Assembly: GCA_038245905.1 (NCBI GenBank)
Contig: JBBRRY010000026.1
Location: 1-58,928 of the forward strand
Reading direction: 5' to 3'
DNA from: Thermoanaerobaculia bacterium
Lineage (GTDB): Bacteria; Acidobacteriota; Thermoanaerobaculia; UBA5066
Length of the DNA: 58,928 nucleotides
Part shown: positions 37,447 to 47,180 of the stretch, in pieces
Layout of the letters: each line of letters opens with the position of its first letter
How positions within the stretch are numbered: position 1 is the first letter of the stretch
Program-made: the position numbers and the translations under genes
The notes under the pieces: generated by a model
Told to the model about the DNA's origin: nothing
The model's input: the letters and a program-made list of their open reading frames with translations, nothing else
The model's database searches: none

Positions 37447-38886
37447 ATGACGACCACCGCAAAAATCGGAGCGTTCTTCGTCGCCGTTCTCCTCGCGCTC
37501 GGCGTTCTCATTCTCAAGATCGAGGACATTCATTTTGGAAAGAAGGCGCGCACGAACTCCGTGGACGCGCACTTCAAGGACGTGGCGGGTCTCGACGACA
37601 AGTCCGCCGTGCGGATCGCGGGCGTGCGCGTCGGCAAGGTGGACGGCATCTCTCTTCGGCCGGACGGCACCGCGCTGGCCCACCTCGCTCTCGACCCGAG
37701 CGTCGAGCTTCACCAGGGAGCGATCGCGCAGGTGAGGTCCCTCGGCATGCTCGGCGACAAGTACGTCGAGCTGAGCGCCGGGGACCCTGCGGCCCCGCGC
37801 CTTCCGAACGGAGCCCTCCTCGAGGGGTCGTCGGGGACGGGATTCGACGACATCGCGAAGCTCGCGGCCGACATCGGGAAGGACCTCAAGGAGATCTCGG
37901 GCGCGATGGCGGGCTCTTTCGGCGGTCCGAAGGGCGAGGACAAGCTGAACCGCATCGTCGACAACCTCGGCCGCCTGGCCGAGTCCCTGCGCGAGCTCGT
38001 CGATTCGAATCGCGGCAACGTCGACGTGATGCTCGCGAACCTCAAGGCGCTCTCGGAGCAGATGAAGCTGACCGTGGCCCGCGTGGACCGGATGCTCGAC
38101 GAGAACCGGACGGGCGTGAAGGACACGATCTCGAACATGGACGAGGTCACGGGCAAGCTGAAGACGACGGCCGACAATCTGAATTCCATCACCGGCAAGA
38201 TCGACACGGGACAGGGCACGCTCGGCAAGCTCCTGAACGACGACGAGACCCACAAGAACGTGAACGACGCCCTGAAGTCCGTGAAGGAGGGCGTCGAGTC
38301 GCTCTCGGGGACGCTCGGACGTCTCAACCGCCTGCAGCTCGACATCGGATTCCGGGCCGAGTACACGACGCGCGCGCGCGACGGAAAGTATTACTTCACG
38401 CTGGACGCGATTCCCCGCGAGGGAAAGTTCTATCGCCTCGAGATCGGGGCGATTCCGCATGGCAAGCGCGAGGAGGTCCTCGAGTCCTCCACGGTCACGT
38501 TCCCGGACGGCAGCCAGCAGACGATCACGACGACGGGCCAGCGTTTCGTGGACCAGTTCGTCCTCTCGGCACAGCTCGGGTACCAGTTCCGGAACACGAT
38601 CCTCCGGGCCGGAGTCATCGAGGGACGCGGGGGTGTCGCGGTCGAGCAGGCCTTCAAGGCGGACTCGTTCCGCCTCGCGGGGGAAATCTGGGACTTCACG
38701 CGCCCGGACCTGAACGGGCACGTGAAGCTCTACACCCGCTGGAACGCGAGCCCGAACCTCTACGTGACGGGCGGCGTCGACGACCTCCTGAATCCGGGCC
38801 TCCGGTCGCCCTTCATCGGAGCGGGCATCCGCTGGAAAGACGAGGATCTCAAGGCGATCATGGGCAGCATCCCGATTCCGAAGTAG
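37447..38886 (+). CDS. mlaD: MCE/MlaD family protein, long form
   Basis: N-terminal TM, MCE motif FKDVAGL..VRIAGVRVGKV and LGDKYVEL, then a helical region and a beta-rich C-terminus. Confidence 0.88.
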   Translation: MTTTAKIGAFFVAVLLALGVLILKIEDIHFGKKARTNSVDAHFKDVAGLDDKSAVRIAGVRVGKVDGISLRPDGTALAHLALDPSVELHQGAIAQVRSLGMLGDKYVELSAGDPAAPRLPNGALLEGSSGTGFDDIAKLAADIGKDLKEISGAMAGSFGGPKGEDKLNRIVDNLGRLAESLRELVDSNRGNVDVMLANLKALSEQMKLTVARVDRMLDENRTGVKDTISNMDEVTGKLKTTADNLNSITGKIDTGQGTLGKLLNDDETHKNVNDALKSVKEGVESLSGTLGRLNRLQLDIGFRAEYTTRARDGKYYFTLDAIPREGKFYRLEIGAIPHGKREEVLESSTVTFPDGSQQTITTTGQRFVDQFVLSAQLGYQFRNTILRAGVIEGRGGVAVEQAFKADSFRLAGEIWDFTRPDLNGHVKLYTRWNASPNLYVTGGVDDLLNPGLRSPFIGAGIRWKDEDLKAIMGSIPIPK

Positions 38887-38894
38887 CCCGAAAA

Positions 38895-40259
38895 ATGGCC
38901 CGCAAAGCCGCGACCGTCTTCTCCTGCACGGCCTGCGGCGCGCAGTGCCCGCAGTGGATCGGGCGCTGCCCCGAGTGCGGCGGGTGGAGTACTCTCGTCG
39001 AGGAGCGCTCGGTCGACGCGCCCCCGCGCGCCGGCGCCGGCCCTGCGGCTTCTGTTTCGACGGCCGCCGTCCGGCTTTCCGACGTCGCCGCCGCGGCGGT
39101 GCCGCGCATCCCGACGGGTATCGGCGACATGGACCGCGTCCTCGGCGGGGGCCTCGTGCCGGGTTCGGTCGTTCTCGTGGGCGGAGAGCCCGGCATCGGC
39201 AAGTCGACGCTCCTCCTTCAGGTCGCGGCGCGCCTCTCGGAACGGCTCGGGAGCGTCTTGTACGTCAGCGCGGAAGAATCCGCGCAGCAGGTGAAGATGC
39301 GTGCAGACCGGCTCAACGCCTCGGCGCCCGGCCTGTTTCTCCTGCCCGAGACCTCGCTCGAGAACATCCTCGAGGCGGCAAAGGCCGGCAATTTCGGGGC
39401 GATCGTCGTGGATTCGATCCAGACGATCGCTTCTTCGGAATCGCCCGCCGCGACCGGCTCCGTCACGCAGGTCCGCGCCTGTGCCGGCCGCCTGCAGGCC
39501 CTCGCCAAGACGACGGGCGTCCCCGTCTTCCTCATCGGCCACGTCACCAAAGACGGGACGCTCGCGGGCCCCAAGACGCTCGAGCACCTCGTCGACGCGG
39601 TTCTCTCCTTCGAGGGCGAGCGCTTCCACGCGCACCGCGTCGTGCGGGCGCTGAAGAACCGGTTCGGCCCCGTGCACGAGCTCGGGATTTTCGAGATGAC
39701 GGGCGCCGGCCTCATCCAGGTCGCGAACCCGTCGGCGCTCTATCTGGGGTCGGGCGCCGGCTCGCGCCCCGGCTCCGTCGTGCTCGGCGGAGTGGAGGGG
39801 ACGCGGCCGCTGCTCCTCGAAGTGCAGGCGCTGACGGTCGAGGCGAAATACGGGAGTCCGCGCCGCACGGCCATCGGCTTCGACGGGACGCGCCTCGCGC
39901 TCCTCCTCGCCGTCCTCGAGCGCCACGGCGACGTGAAGCTCTCCTCGTACGACGTCTTCCTGAACGTCGCGGGCGGCGCCGAGAGCGCCGAGCCCGCCGC
40001 CGATCTCGCCGTCGCGGCCGCCGTGGCGGGCAGCTTCCGCTCCCGGGCGCTTCCGCCCGGCACCGTCGTGTTCGGTGAAGTGGGGCTCCTCGGCGAGGTG
40101 CGCGCGGTCTCGGACGCGGTGCTCAGGCTGAAGGAAGCGGTCTCACTGGGCTTCCGCTCGGCCCTCATCCCCGCGGACAACGCAGGGGAGGCGGCGGCAT
40201 TCCCGGATCTCGCCGTCGTCCCCCTTCGGAGCGTCGAGGAGCTTCTGCTGAAGTCCTGA
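38895..40259 (+). CDS. radA: DNA repair protein RadA/Sms
   Basis: C4 zinc finger, GGEPGIGKSTL and KNRFG motifs. Confidence 0.97.
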   Translation: MARKAATVFSCTACGAQCPQWIGRCPECGGWSTLVEERSVDAPPRAGAGPAASVSTAAVRLSDVAAAAVPRIPTGIGDMDRVLGGGLVPGSVVLVGGEPGIGKSTLLLQVAARLSERLGSVLYVSAEESAQQVKMRADRLNASAPGLFLLPETSLENILEAAKAGNFGAIVVDSIQTIASSESPAATGSVTQVRACAGRLQALAKTTGVPVFLIGHVTKDGTLAGPKTLEHLVDAVLSFEGERFHAHRVVRALKNRFGPVHELGIFEMTGAGLIQVANPSALYLGSGAGSRPGSVVLGGVEGTRPLLLEVQALTVEAKYGSPRRTAIGFDGTRLALLLAVLERHGDVKLSSYDVFLNVAGGAESAEPAADLAVAAAVAGSFRSRALPPGTVVFGEVGLLGEVRAVSDAVLRLKEAVSLGFRSALIPADNAGEAAAFPDLAVVPLRSVEELLLKS

Positions 40260-40318
40260 TTTGGTTGCATCATGGCTGCCGGCGCCGGCGCGTGTAACGT
40301 GCTCACCTGGAGAAGCCC

Positions 40319-40840
40319 ATGACGAAGAAGCTGGACCTGACTCGACTCGACCTCCAGGACGCCCTCGATATCGCCATCCTCGTCGAACAGGAGGCCATGG
40401 AGCGTTACGAGGAGCTGGCCGCGCAGATGCGGTCGACCCACACGGACGAGGCCGCGTTCTTTTTTCACTTTATGGCGAAGATGGAAGCCAAGCACGGAGC
40501 CGACCTTCTCGCCGAGCGCGCGAAGAGCTTCGGGAAGGCGCCCAGGCGCGTCGACCGCTCGCTGCTCTGGGACGTGGAAGCCCCCGGTTACGAGACCGTC
40601 CATGCGTTCATGACGCTCCGCGAAGCCCTCAAGGTGGCCATGGACGCCGAAGTGAAGGCTTGGGAGTACTTCGACGGGGCCCTGAAGCTTCCCCTGAGTC
40701 CGCCCGTGAAGAAGCTCTTCGAGGAGCTGCGCGCGGAAGAGGTCGTCCATCAGGACATGGTCAGGAGCGAGCTCGCGAAGGCCCCCGCCGATTCCGCCGC
40801 GGCCCCCGAGGATTTCGCCGACGAGCCGGTGGCCCAGTAG
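40319..40840 (+). CDS. Ferritin-like/rubrerythrin family protein
   Basis: Paired E...ExxH di-iron motifs (EQEA, EAKH, EVKA, EVVH). Confidence 0.85.
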   Translation: MTKKLDLTRLDLQDALDIAILVEQEAMERYEELAAQMRSTHTDEAAFFFHFMAKMEAKHGADLLAERAKSFGKAPRRVDRSLLWDVEAPGYETVHAFMTLREALKVAMDAEVKAWEYFDGALKLPLSPPVKKLFEELRAEEVVHQDMVRSELAKAPADSAAAPEDFADEPVAQ

Positions 40841-40852
40841 AGTTCAGAGTTC

Positions 40853-41749
40853 TCAGGCCCCGAACGGCATCCCGGTCAGCTTCTCGTAGGCCTCGACGTA
40901 GCGGGCGCGCGTGCCGGCCACGACGTCGGGAGGCAGCACGGGCGCCGGAGGAGTCTTGTTCCACCCGGTCGTCTCGAGGAAGTCGCGCACGAACTGCTTG
41001 TCGTAGGACGGTGGCGAGCCTCCGGGTTTCCAGGTGTCCTTCGGCCAGAAGCGCGAGGAGTCGGGAGTGAGCGCTTCGTCGATCCAGACGACGGCGCCCT
41101 CGTCGTCGAGGCCGAACTCGAACTTCGTGTCGGCGACGAGGATGCCGCGCGACTCCGCGTACGCCGCGGCGCCGCGGTAGAGCGCCAGAGTGAGGTCCCG
41201 GAGGCGGCCCGCGAGGGCCGCTCCCACGGCAGCCGCGACCTCGGCATACGGGACGTTCTCGTCGTGGCCCGTTTCGGCTTTCGTCGCGGGCGTGAAGATC
41301 GGCTCTGGGAGGCGATCGGCCTCGTGGAGTCCCGCGGGCAGCCGCTGGCCGCAGACGGCACCGGTTTTCCGGTAGTCCTTCCAGCCCGAACCCGCGAGGT
41401 ACCCCCGGGCAACGCACTCGTAGGGCACCACGCGGCACTTCCGCGCGAGCACGGCCCGCCCCCTGAGCAGCTCGCGATGGGGCGCGAGGGCGCCGCCGAA
41501 GAGCACCGCCTCGGTCTCGACGAGATGGTTCGGCACGAGGTCGGCGAATTTCCGGAACCAGAAATTGGAGAGCCTCGTCAGGATCCGCCCCTTGTCGGGG
41601 ATGCCGGGGCTGAGGACCGCGTCGAAGGCGGAGATCCTGTCTGTGGCGACGAGGAGGACGCGATCTCCGAGGTCGTACACGTCGCGCACCTTGCCGCGCC
41701 GCGGAGGCGGGAGCCCCGGGAGAAGCGTCTCGAGAACGGCCCTCGCCAT
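40853..41749 (-). CDS. purC: SAICAR synthetase
   Basis: RGKVRDVY, TDRISAFD, DTKFEFG and TPDSSRFW motifs. Confidence 0.97.
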   Translation of the reverse strand: MARAVLETLLPGLPPPRRGKVRDVYDLGDRVLLVATDRISAFDAVLSPGIPDKGRILTRLSNFWFRKFADLVPNHLVETEAVLFGGALAPHRELLRGRAVLARKCRVVPYECVARGYLAGSGWKDYRKTGAVCGQRLPAGLHEADRLPEPIFTPATKAETGHDENVPYAEVAAAVGAALAGRLRDLTLALYRGAAAYAESRGILVADTKFEFGLDDEGAVVWIDEALTPDSSRFWPKDTWKPGGSPPSYDKQFVRDFLETTGWNKTPPAPVLPPDVVAGTRARYVEAYEKLTGMPFGA

Positions 41750-41822
41750 TGCGTGATTCTAGAGGCAGGAGCCGCCGCGCTAGACTTCGCGGGGTCCGGG
41801 CCGCGGTCCGGCGGAGGTTGCT

Positions 41823-43334
41823 TTGCTCAAGATCTCGATCCTCAACGGAAAGACCCGTACGGCGCGCGCCGACGCTTATGTCGTGTTCGCGGCCGGAGAG
41901 GGCCGCGCGAAGGCCATGGCGCCGCTTCCTGCGGACCTCAGGGCGCGCGTCGCCGCTGCCGCACCCGCCGCGCCCTCTGCCGACGGAGCCGTTTTCACGC
42001 TTCCCCTGGAGGGCAAGCGGGCCGCGCGCCTCTACGTCCTCGGCGCCGGAAAGGAGACGGAGATCACCCCCCGAAAGGCGCGCGGGATGCTGCGCGCGGC
42101 CGTGAAAACGCTGAACCGCAGCGGGGAGACCTCGGCAATCCTCGATTTTCCTTTCACGCTAAAGCGGATGGACGCCGCCGAAACCCGGGAATTCCTCCTG
42201 CGTTCGCTTTTTCTCGCCGACTACGGATTCCCGCATTACAAGACAGGCGAGTCCGAAAAAAAGTCGCTCGCTACGATCGCCCTGGAGCTCTCAGGCGGGT
42301 TCGCGAAGACCGAAAACAAGGAGATCGAGAACGCCCGGGCCGTGGCGCGTGTCGCGCGCCTCGTGCGTGACCTCGGGAACACTCCCTCGAGCGACATGCG
42401 GCCGCGCGACTTCGCAGACCGCCTTCGGAAGGAGGCGAAGACCCGCGGGGTCAAGGTGACGGTTCTCGACAAGAAGGCGATCCGCCGGGAACGCATGGGC
42501 GGTCTTCTCGCCGTCAATCGGGGTGCGGTGGAAGAGCCGCGCGTGGTCGTGCTCGAGTACAAGGGCGGCCGGAAAGGCGAAGCGCCCGTGGCGCTCGTCG
42601 GAAAAGGCGTCACGTTCGATTCAGGCGGAATCTCACTGAAGCCGGCGGAGAAGATGGGCGAGATGAAATGGGACATGATGGGCGCCGCCACCGTAATGGG
42701 CGTCGTCCTCGCGGCCGCGGATCTCCGCCTCAAGGTAAACCTCGTTGCGGTGGCCGCCCTCACCGAGAACCTCCCCTCCGGCTCGGCGTACAAGCCGGGA
42801 GACATCGTCCGCTTCCGGAACGGCAAGACCGCCGAGATCGACAACACGGACGCCGAAGGGCGGGTCATTCTGGCGGACGCGCTCGACTACGCCGCCGAAT
42901 GGAAGCCCGCCGTGATCCTCGACTACGCGACGCTCACGGGCGCCGCGCTCGTGGCTCTCGGGCTGGAGGCGGCCATCGTGTTCACGGACGACGACGCCCT
43001 CGCGAAAGAGCTCGTCGGGGCCGGGGAGACGACCGATGAACGCCTCTGGCGCCTGCCGATGTGGGAGGAGTACAAGGAGAACATCAAGTCCGACTGGGCG
43101 GACATGAAGAACACGGGCGGCCGCTGGGGAGGCTCGATCAACGGCGCCATGTTTCTCAAGGAATTCGTCGATCCGAAGACGCTCTGGGCGCACCTCGACA
43201 TCGCCGGGACGGCGTACTACGACCGCGACTACGCGGGATATCCCGTCGGCGCCACGTCCTTCGGGCTGGGCATGACGCTCCGCTGGCTGCGCGGGAGACA
43301 GGCCGGCGCGGGCGGCGGGCGCCGCGGCCGCTGA
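41823..43334 (+). CDS. pepA: Leucyl aminopeptidase (M17)
   Basis: VGKGVTFDSGG, MKWDM, NTDAEGR and HLDIAG motifs. TTG start. Confidence 0.93.
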   Translation: MLKISILNGKTRTARADAYVVFAAGEGRAKAMAPLPADLRARVAAAAPAAPSADGAVFTLPLEGKRAARLYVLGAGKETEITPRKARGMLRAAVKTLNRSGETSAILDFPFTLKRMDAAETREFLLRSLFLADYGFPHYKTGESEKKSLATIALELSGGFAKTENKEIENARAVARVARLVRDLGNTPSSDMRPRDFADRLRKEAKTRGVKVTVLDKKAIRRERMGGLLAVNRGAVEEPRVVVLEYKGGRKGEAPVALVGKGVTFDSGGISLKPAEKMGEMKWDMMGAATVMGVVLAAADLRLKVNLVAVAALTENLPSGSAYKPGDIVRFRNGKTAEIDNTDAEGRVILADALDYAAEWKPAVILDYATLTGAALVALGLEAAIVFTDDDALAKELVGAGETTDERLWRLPMWEEYKENIKSDWADMKNTGGRWGGSINGAMFLKEFVDPKTLWAHLDIAGTAYYDRDYAGYPVGATSFGLGMTLRWLRGRQAGAGGGRRGR

Positions 43335-43337
43335 CGC

Positions 43338-45128
43338 GTGCTCACGTCGCTCCGCGTCCGCGACCTCGCGGTCCTCGAGGACGTCGAGGTGGCGTTCGCC
43401 GAAGGTCTGACCGTCCTGACCGGTGAGACGGGCGCGGGGAAGTCGCTCGTCGTGGACGCGTTGACTCTTCTCGCGGGCGGGCGGGCCGACCCCGCGCTCG
43501 TGCGGGCAGGCGCCGAGCGGCTCGTCGTGGAGGGCGCCTTCGACTGCGACGACGGGGAGGCGCGCGCGATCCTGACGGACGCCGGCCTCCTCGAGGAAGG
43601 CGGCCACGGGGCGTTCGAGATCGTCGTGCGGCGCGAGGTCGCCGCGGGAGGCAAGGGCCGGCTCCTCGTGAACGGCTCTCCGGCGGCCCTGAAGACGCTG
43701 CAGCAAATCGCTCCGCGCCTTCTCGTCCTCCACGGGCAGGCCGAGGCGCGGGATCTCCTGGATCCCGACGCTCCCCGCCAGCTTCTCGACCGCTACGCGG
43801 GCCTCGAAGCGAAGGCAGCGGCGACCGCCGCGCTGTTTCGCGAGTGGCGAACGCGGCAGGGAGAAGTCGAGCGACTCGAAGCCACGGCGGCGGATCGGGT
43901 GAAGCGACTCGAGCTCCTGGATTTCCAGATCGCCGAGATCGACGCGGTGAAGCCGGAAGAGGGAGAAGACGAAAGAATTGCTTCTGAAAGGAGGAGATTG
44001 GGGAGCGTCGAGAAAACCGGCCAGCTCCTCGCGGCGGCCTCCGGCGCACTGGAGTCGGACGAGAACGGCGCGATCGTGGCGGCTTCGGCGGCGCGGCGTG
44101 CTCTTCAACAACTCGAAGAAATCGACTCTTCGTGCGGTGAACGAGCGGCGAGGCTGGGGGAGGTGATCGACGAGCTTGCACAGGTCGCGTTCGAAACTTC
44201 GCGAGATCTCGAGCGGCTGGAGGCGGACCCTCTACGCCTCGCGTTCGTCTCCGAAAGGGTCGACGCCCTCGCGAAGCTGAAGAGAAAATACGGCCACACG
44301 CTCGGGGAGGTCCTGGCGCGGCGCGAGGCCCTGGGTCTGGACCGCGACGAACTGTCTGACCTCGAGGGCGCCGTCCGGAAGGCGGAGGACTCGGCGGAGA
44401 AGGCCTTCGCGTCCTACAGGAGGGCCGCGCTCGAGCTGTCCGCCGCGCGCGAGGCCGCCGCGCCCCGGCTCGGCCGCGCCGTGGAGGCGCATCTCCGCGA
44501 TCTCGCGTTCCTGAAGTCGTCGTTCTCGGCCGCGATCACGCGCCACGACGAAGGGGAGAGCCGCTTCTCGGCGGGAGGACGGAACGTCTCGTTTGGCGCG
44601 CACGGCGTCGATCAGGTCGGGTTCGTCTTCGCTCCGAATCCTGGAGAGCCTGCCCGGCCGCTCCAGAAGATCGCCTCGGGCGGCGAATTGTCGCGCGTCC
44701 AGCTCGCGATTGCGGCGGCCCTCGCCGCGGAGGAGGCGGCGAGCGAGGAGGGTGGGCGCCCGCGCCGGGGCGGACCCGTCCGGACGTTCGTGTTCGACGA
44801 AGTGGATGCGGGCGTATCGGGCGCCACGGCCGAGGCCGTGGGCCGGAAGCTGCGCGGGCTCGCGGCGAAGGAGCAGATCCTCGTCGTCACGCATCTCGCG
44901 CAGGTCGCGGCGGCCGGGGAGCGCCACTTCTCTGTGTCGAAGGAAGCGGCGAAGGGTCGCACCCGCACCCGGGTGGAGGCGCTCGACGGCGGGGGCCGCG
45001 TGGAGGCCGTCGCCGCGCTTCTCGCCGGGGCTTCCGTCGGGGAGGCGGCGCGAGCGCAGGCCCGACAGCTTCTCGCCGTCTTCGAGGACCCCAGGCCAAG
45101 CCCCGCCCCGGCCCGGCGCCCGGCTTGA
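43338..45128 (+). CDS. recN: DNA repair protein RecN
   Basis: TGETGAGKS, LHGQ, ASGGELSR, FDEVDAG and THLAQVA motifs. Confidence 0.95.
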   Translation: MLTSLRVRDLAVLEDVEVAFAEGLTVLTGETGAGKSLVVDALTLLAGGRADPALVRAGAERLVVEGAFDCDDGEARAILTDAGLLEEGGHGAFEIVVRREVAAGGKGRLLVNGSPAALKTLQQIAPRLLVLHGQAEARDLLDPDAPRQLLDRYAGLEAKAAATAALFREWRTRQGEVERLEATAADRVKRLELLDFQIAEIDAVKPEEGEDERIASERRRLGSVEKTGQLLAAASGALESDENGAIVAASAARRALQQLEEIDSSCGERAARLGEVIDELAQVAFETSRDLERLEADPLRLAFVSERVDALAKLKRKYGHTLGEVLARREALGLDRDELSDLEGAVRKAEDSAEKAFASYRRAALELSAAREAAAPRLGRAVEAHLRDLAFLKSSFSAAITRHDEGESRFSAGGRNVSFGAHGVDQVGFVFAPNPGEPARPLQKIASGGELSRVQLAIAAALAAEEAASEEGGRPRRGGPVRTFVFDEVDAGVSGATAEAVGRKLRGLAAKEQILVVTHLAQVAAAGERHFSVSKEAAKGRTRTRVEALDGGGRVEAVAALLAGASVGEAARAQARQLLAVFEDPRPSPAPARRPA

Positions 45129-45179
45129 GGCGCCTCTTGCACACGGCTGAGAATGCTTCGCTCCAGATTCCCCGTACAT

Positions 45180-45259
45180 TGTGGATAGACCCCCCGTAAA
45201 CATCTGCTGCAGAATGGCTTATTAGATTTCAACGGATCTGTGGAAAAGCCTGTGTGTTT
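45180..45259. promoter_or_regulatory. DnaA-box-like sites in an AT-richer intergenic region
   Basis: TGTGGATAG (45180-45188) and TGTGGAAAA (45239-45247) each differ by one base from TGTGGATAA. A weak tandem copy TGTGTGTTT sits at 45251-45259. Confidence 0.4.
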
Positions 45260-45373
45260 CGCCGCAAAAACGGCCCCGAAGCGGCGTCTTTACATGGTTT
45301 TTTCCGCCTCGCACAGATGCTTGTGCAGGCGCCCGATTCCCGACGTTTACGGCTTTGGTATCGTGCGATTTCG

Positions 45374-45895
45374 ATGACGTTACGTTCGTATCGCGGCGTT
45401 TCTCCGAGGCTCGGCGCCCGCGTCTTCATCGCGCCGACCGCAGCGGTCATCGGCGACGTCGTTCTGGGAGACGACGTCTCGATCTGGTTCTCCTCCGTCG
45501 TGCGGGGGGACTGCTGCCATATCCGGATCGGCGCGCGTTCGAACGTGCAGGACAACTGCACTCTCCACGTGACGAACACGACAGGTCCCCTCACCCTCGA
45601 GGAAGAAGTCACGCTCGGGCACAACGCGGTCGTTCATGCCTGCACGATCCGCCGGGGCGCGCTCATCGGCATGAACGCCACGGTCCTGGACGGCGCCGAC
45701 GTCGGGGCGAGCGCGCTCGTGGCCGCTGGCTCCGTGGTGCTTCCCGGCACCGTGATTCCACCCGCCACGCTCTGGGCAGGAAACCCCGCCAAGAGGAAGC
45801 GCGACCTCGCGCCGGTCGAGGTCGAGGAGCTGAAGACCTACTGGAAGAATTACCTCGAGTACAAGGCGGAATACCTCCGCGCCGAGCCGTCGTGA
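45374..45895 (+). CDS. Gamma carbonic anhydrase family protein
   Basis: IGDVVLG, VVRGD, SNVQDNCTLH and GHNAVVHAC hexapeptide repeats. Confidence 0.93.
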   Translation: MTLRSYRGVSPRLGARVFIAPTAAVIGDVVLGDDVSIWFSSVVRGDCCHIRIGARSNVQDNCTLHVTNTTGPLTLEEEVTLGHNAVVHACTIRRGALIGMNATVLDGADVGASALVAAGSVVLPGTVIPPATLWAGNPAKRKRDLAPVEVEELKTYWKNYLEYKAEYLRAEPS

Positions 45896-47169
45896 TCGCG
45901 AGCGTGAAGGGAACGCGGGACCTCCTCCCGCCCGAGACACGAGTCTGGAACCGCGTCGAGACCATCGCGCGCGAAGTCTTCGCGCTCTACGGGTTCGACG
46001 AGATCCGGACGCCGGTTCTCGAGTCGACGGAGCTCTTCGTGCGGAGCGTGGGGGAGTCGACCGACATCGTCCACAAGGAGATGTACACGTTCACGGACCG
46101 CGGCGAGAGGTCCGTGACGCTGCGCCCCGAGAACACGGCGGGCGTCGCGCGCGCCTACGTCGAGCACTCTCTCGCGCAGGCGGGCCGGCCCTGGAAGCTT
46201 TTCTACATGGGGCCGCAGTTTCGTTACGAGAGGCCGCAGAAGGGCCGGTACCGCGAGTTCCGGCAGATCGGGGCGGAGGTGCTCGGCGACCCCGAGCCGA
46301 TCGTCGACGCGGATCTCATCGGGATGCTCTTCGATTTTCTGGGAAAACTTGGATTCAAGGATCTTTCGCTTTCACTGAATTCCGTGGGTACCGAAGCCAC
46401 GCGGCCGGCGTACGTCGATGCCGTACGGTCGTTTTTTTCTTCGAACGAGAATGTGGGAACGCTTGGCGAAGACGACCGGCGGCGCCTCGCCGACAACCCG
46501 ATGCGCGTTCTCGATTCCAAGGACCCCGCGGTGAAGCTGCTCATCGCGTCCAGCTCTTTTCCGAAGATGGTCGATCTTCTTCCTGCGCTCGATCCGGCCT
46601 CAGACGCGCACCACCGCGAGCTCATGCTGCTCTTGCGAAACGCCGCGGTCCCTTTCAAAGAAGATCCTCTCCTCGTCCGGGGGCTCGACTACTACACCCG
46701 CACGGTTTTCGAGGTGACGGCCGGGGGACTCGGCTCCCAGAACGCGCTTCTCGGCGGCGGGCGATACGACAAGCTGGTGTCCGACCTCGGCGGCCCGAAG
46801 ACGCCTGGAATCGGCTTCGCGATTGGCGAGGACAGGCTCGTGGAAGTGCTCCCAGAGCCTTTTCGGCGGGCGGCGCTCGAGGCGACACGCCCCGTGGCCG
46901 TCGTGCCGGTCGGAAGCCCCGACATGCACGAGGCGTTCGCGGTTGCGGCCGAGCTGCGCCGAGAAGACGTCGGCGTTGATCTCTTCTCTGGCCACCGCGG
47001 CCTCGGCTCCGCGCTGAAGGCGGCGGAGAAGGCGGGTATCGTGCTCGCCGTTCTAGTCGGCCAGAACGAGACCGTCCGCGGTGCCGTCGTCGTGAAAAAC
47101 CTCGCGACGCGGTCTCAGGAAGAGCTGCCGAGGGAGGGCCTCGCCGACGTGCTCCGGGCACGTCTGTAA
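45892..47169 (+). CDS. hisS: Histidine--tRNA ligase
   Basis: KGTRDLLP, LRPENTA, FRYERPQKGRYREF, LVRGLDYYT and GGGRYD motifs. Confidence 0.97.
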   Translation: MIASVKGTRDLLPPETRVWNRVETIAREVFALYGFDEIRTPVLESTELFVRSVGESTDIVHKEMYTFTDRGERSVTLRPENTAGVARAYVEHSLAQAGRPWKLFYMGPQFRYERPQKGRYREFRQIGAEVLGDPEPIVDADLIGMLFDFLGKLGFKDLSLSLNSVGTEATRPAYVDAVRSFFSSNENVGTLGEDDRRRLADNPMRVLDSKDPAVKLLIASSSFPKMVDLLPALDPASDAHHRELMLLLRNAAVPFKEDPLLVRGLDYYTRTVFEVTAGGLGSQNALLGGGRYDKLVSDLGGPKTPGIGFAIGEDRLVEVLPEPFRRAALEATRPVAVVPVGSPDMHEAFAVAAELRREDVGVDLFSGHRGLGSALKAAEKAGIVLAVLVGQNETVRGAVVVKNLATRSQEELPREGLADVLRARL

Positions 47170-47180
47170 GATCCGCGGCC

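Noticed and set aside
40319-40840. Encapsulin cargo system
   Set aside because: No encapsulin shell gene nearby and no recognisable targeting peptide.
45204-45232. dif-like site (GCAGAATGGCTTATTAGATTT)
   Set aside because: Spacer length and the XerD arm do not fit the dif consensus.
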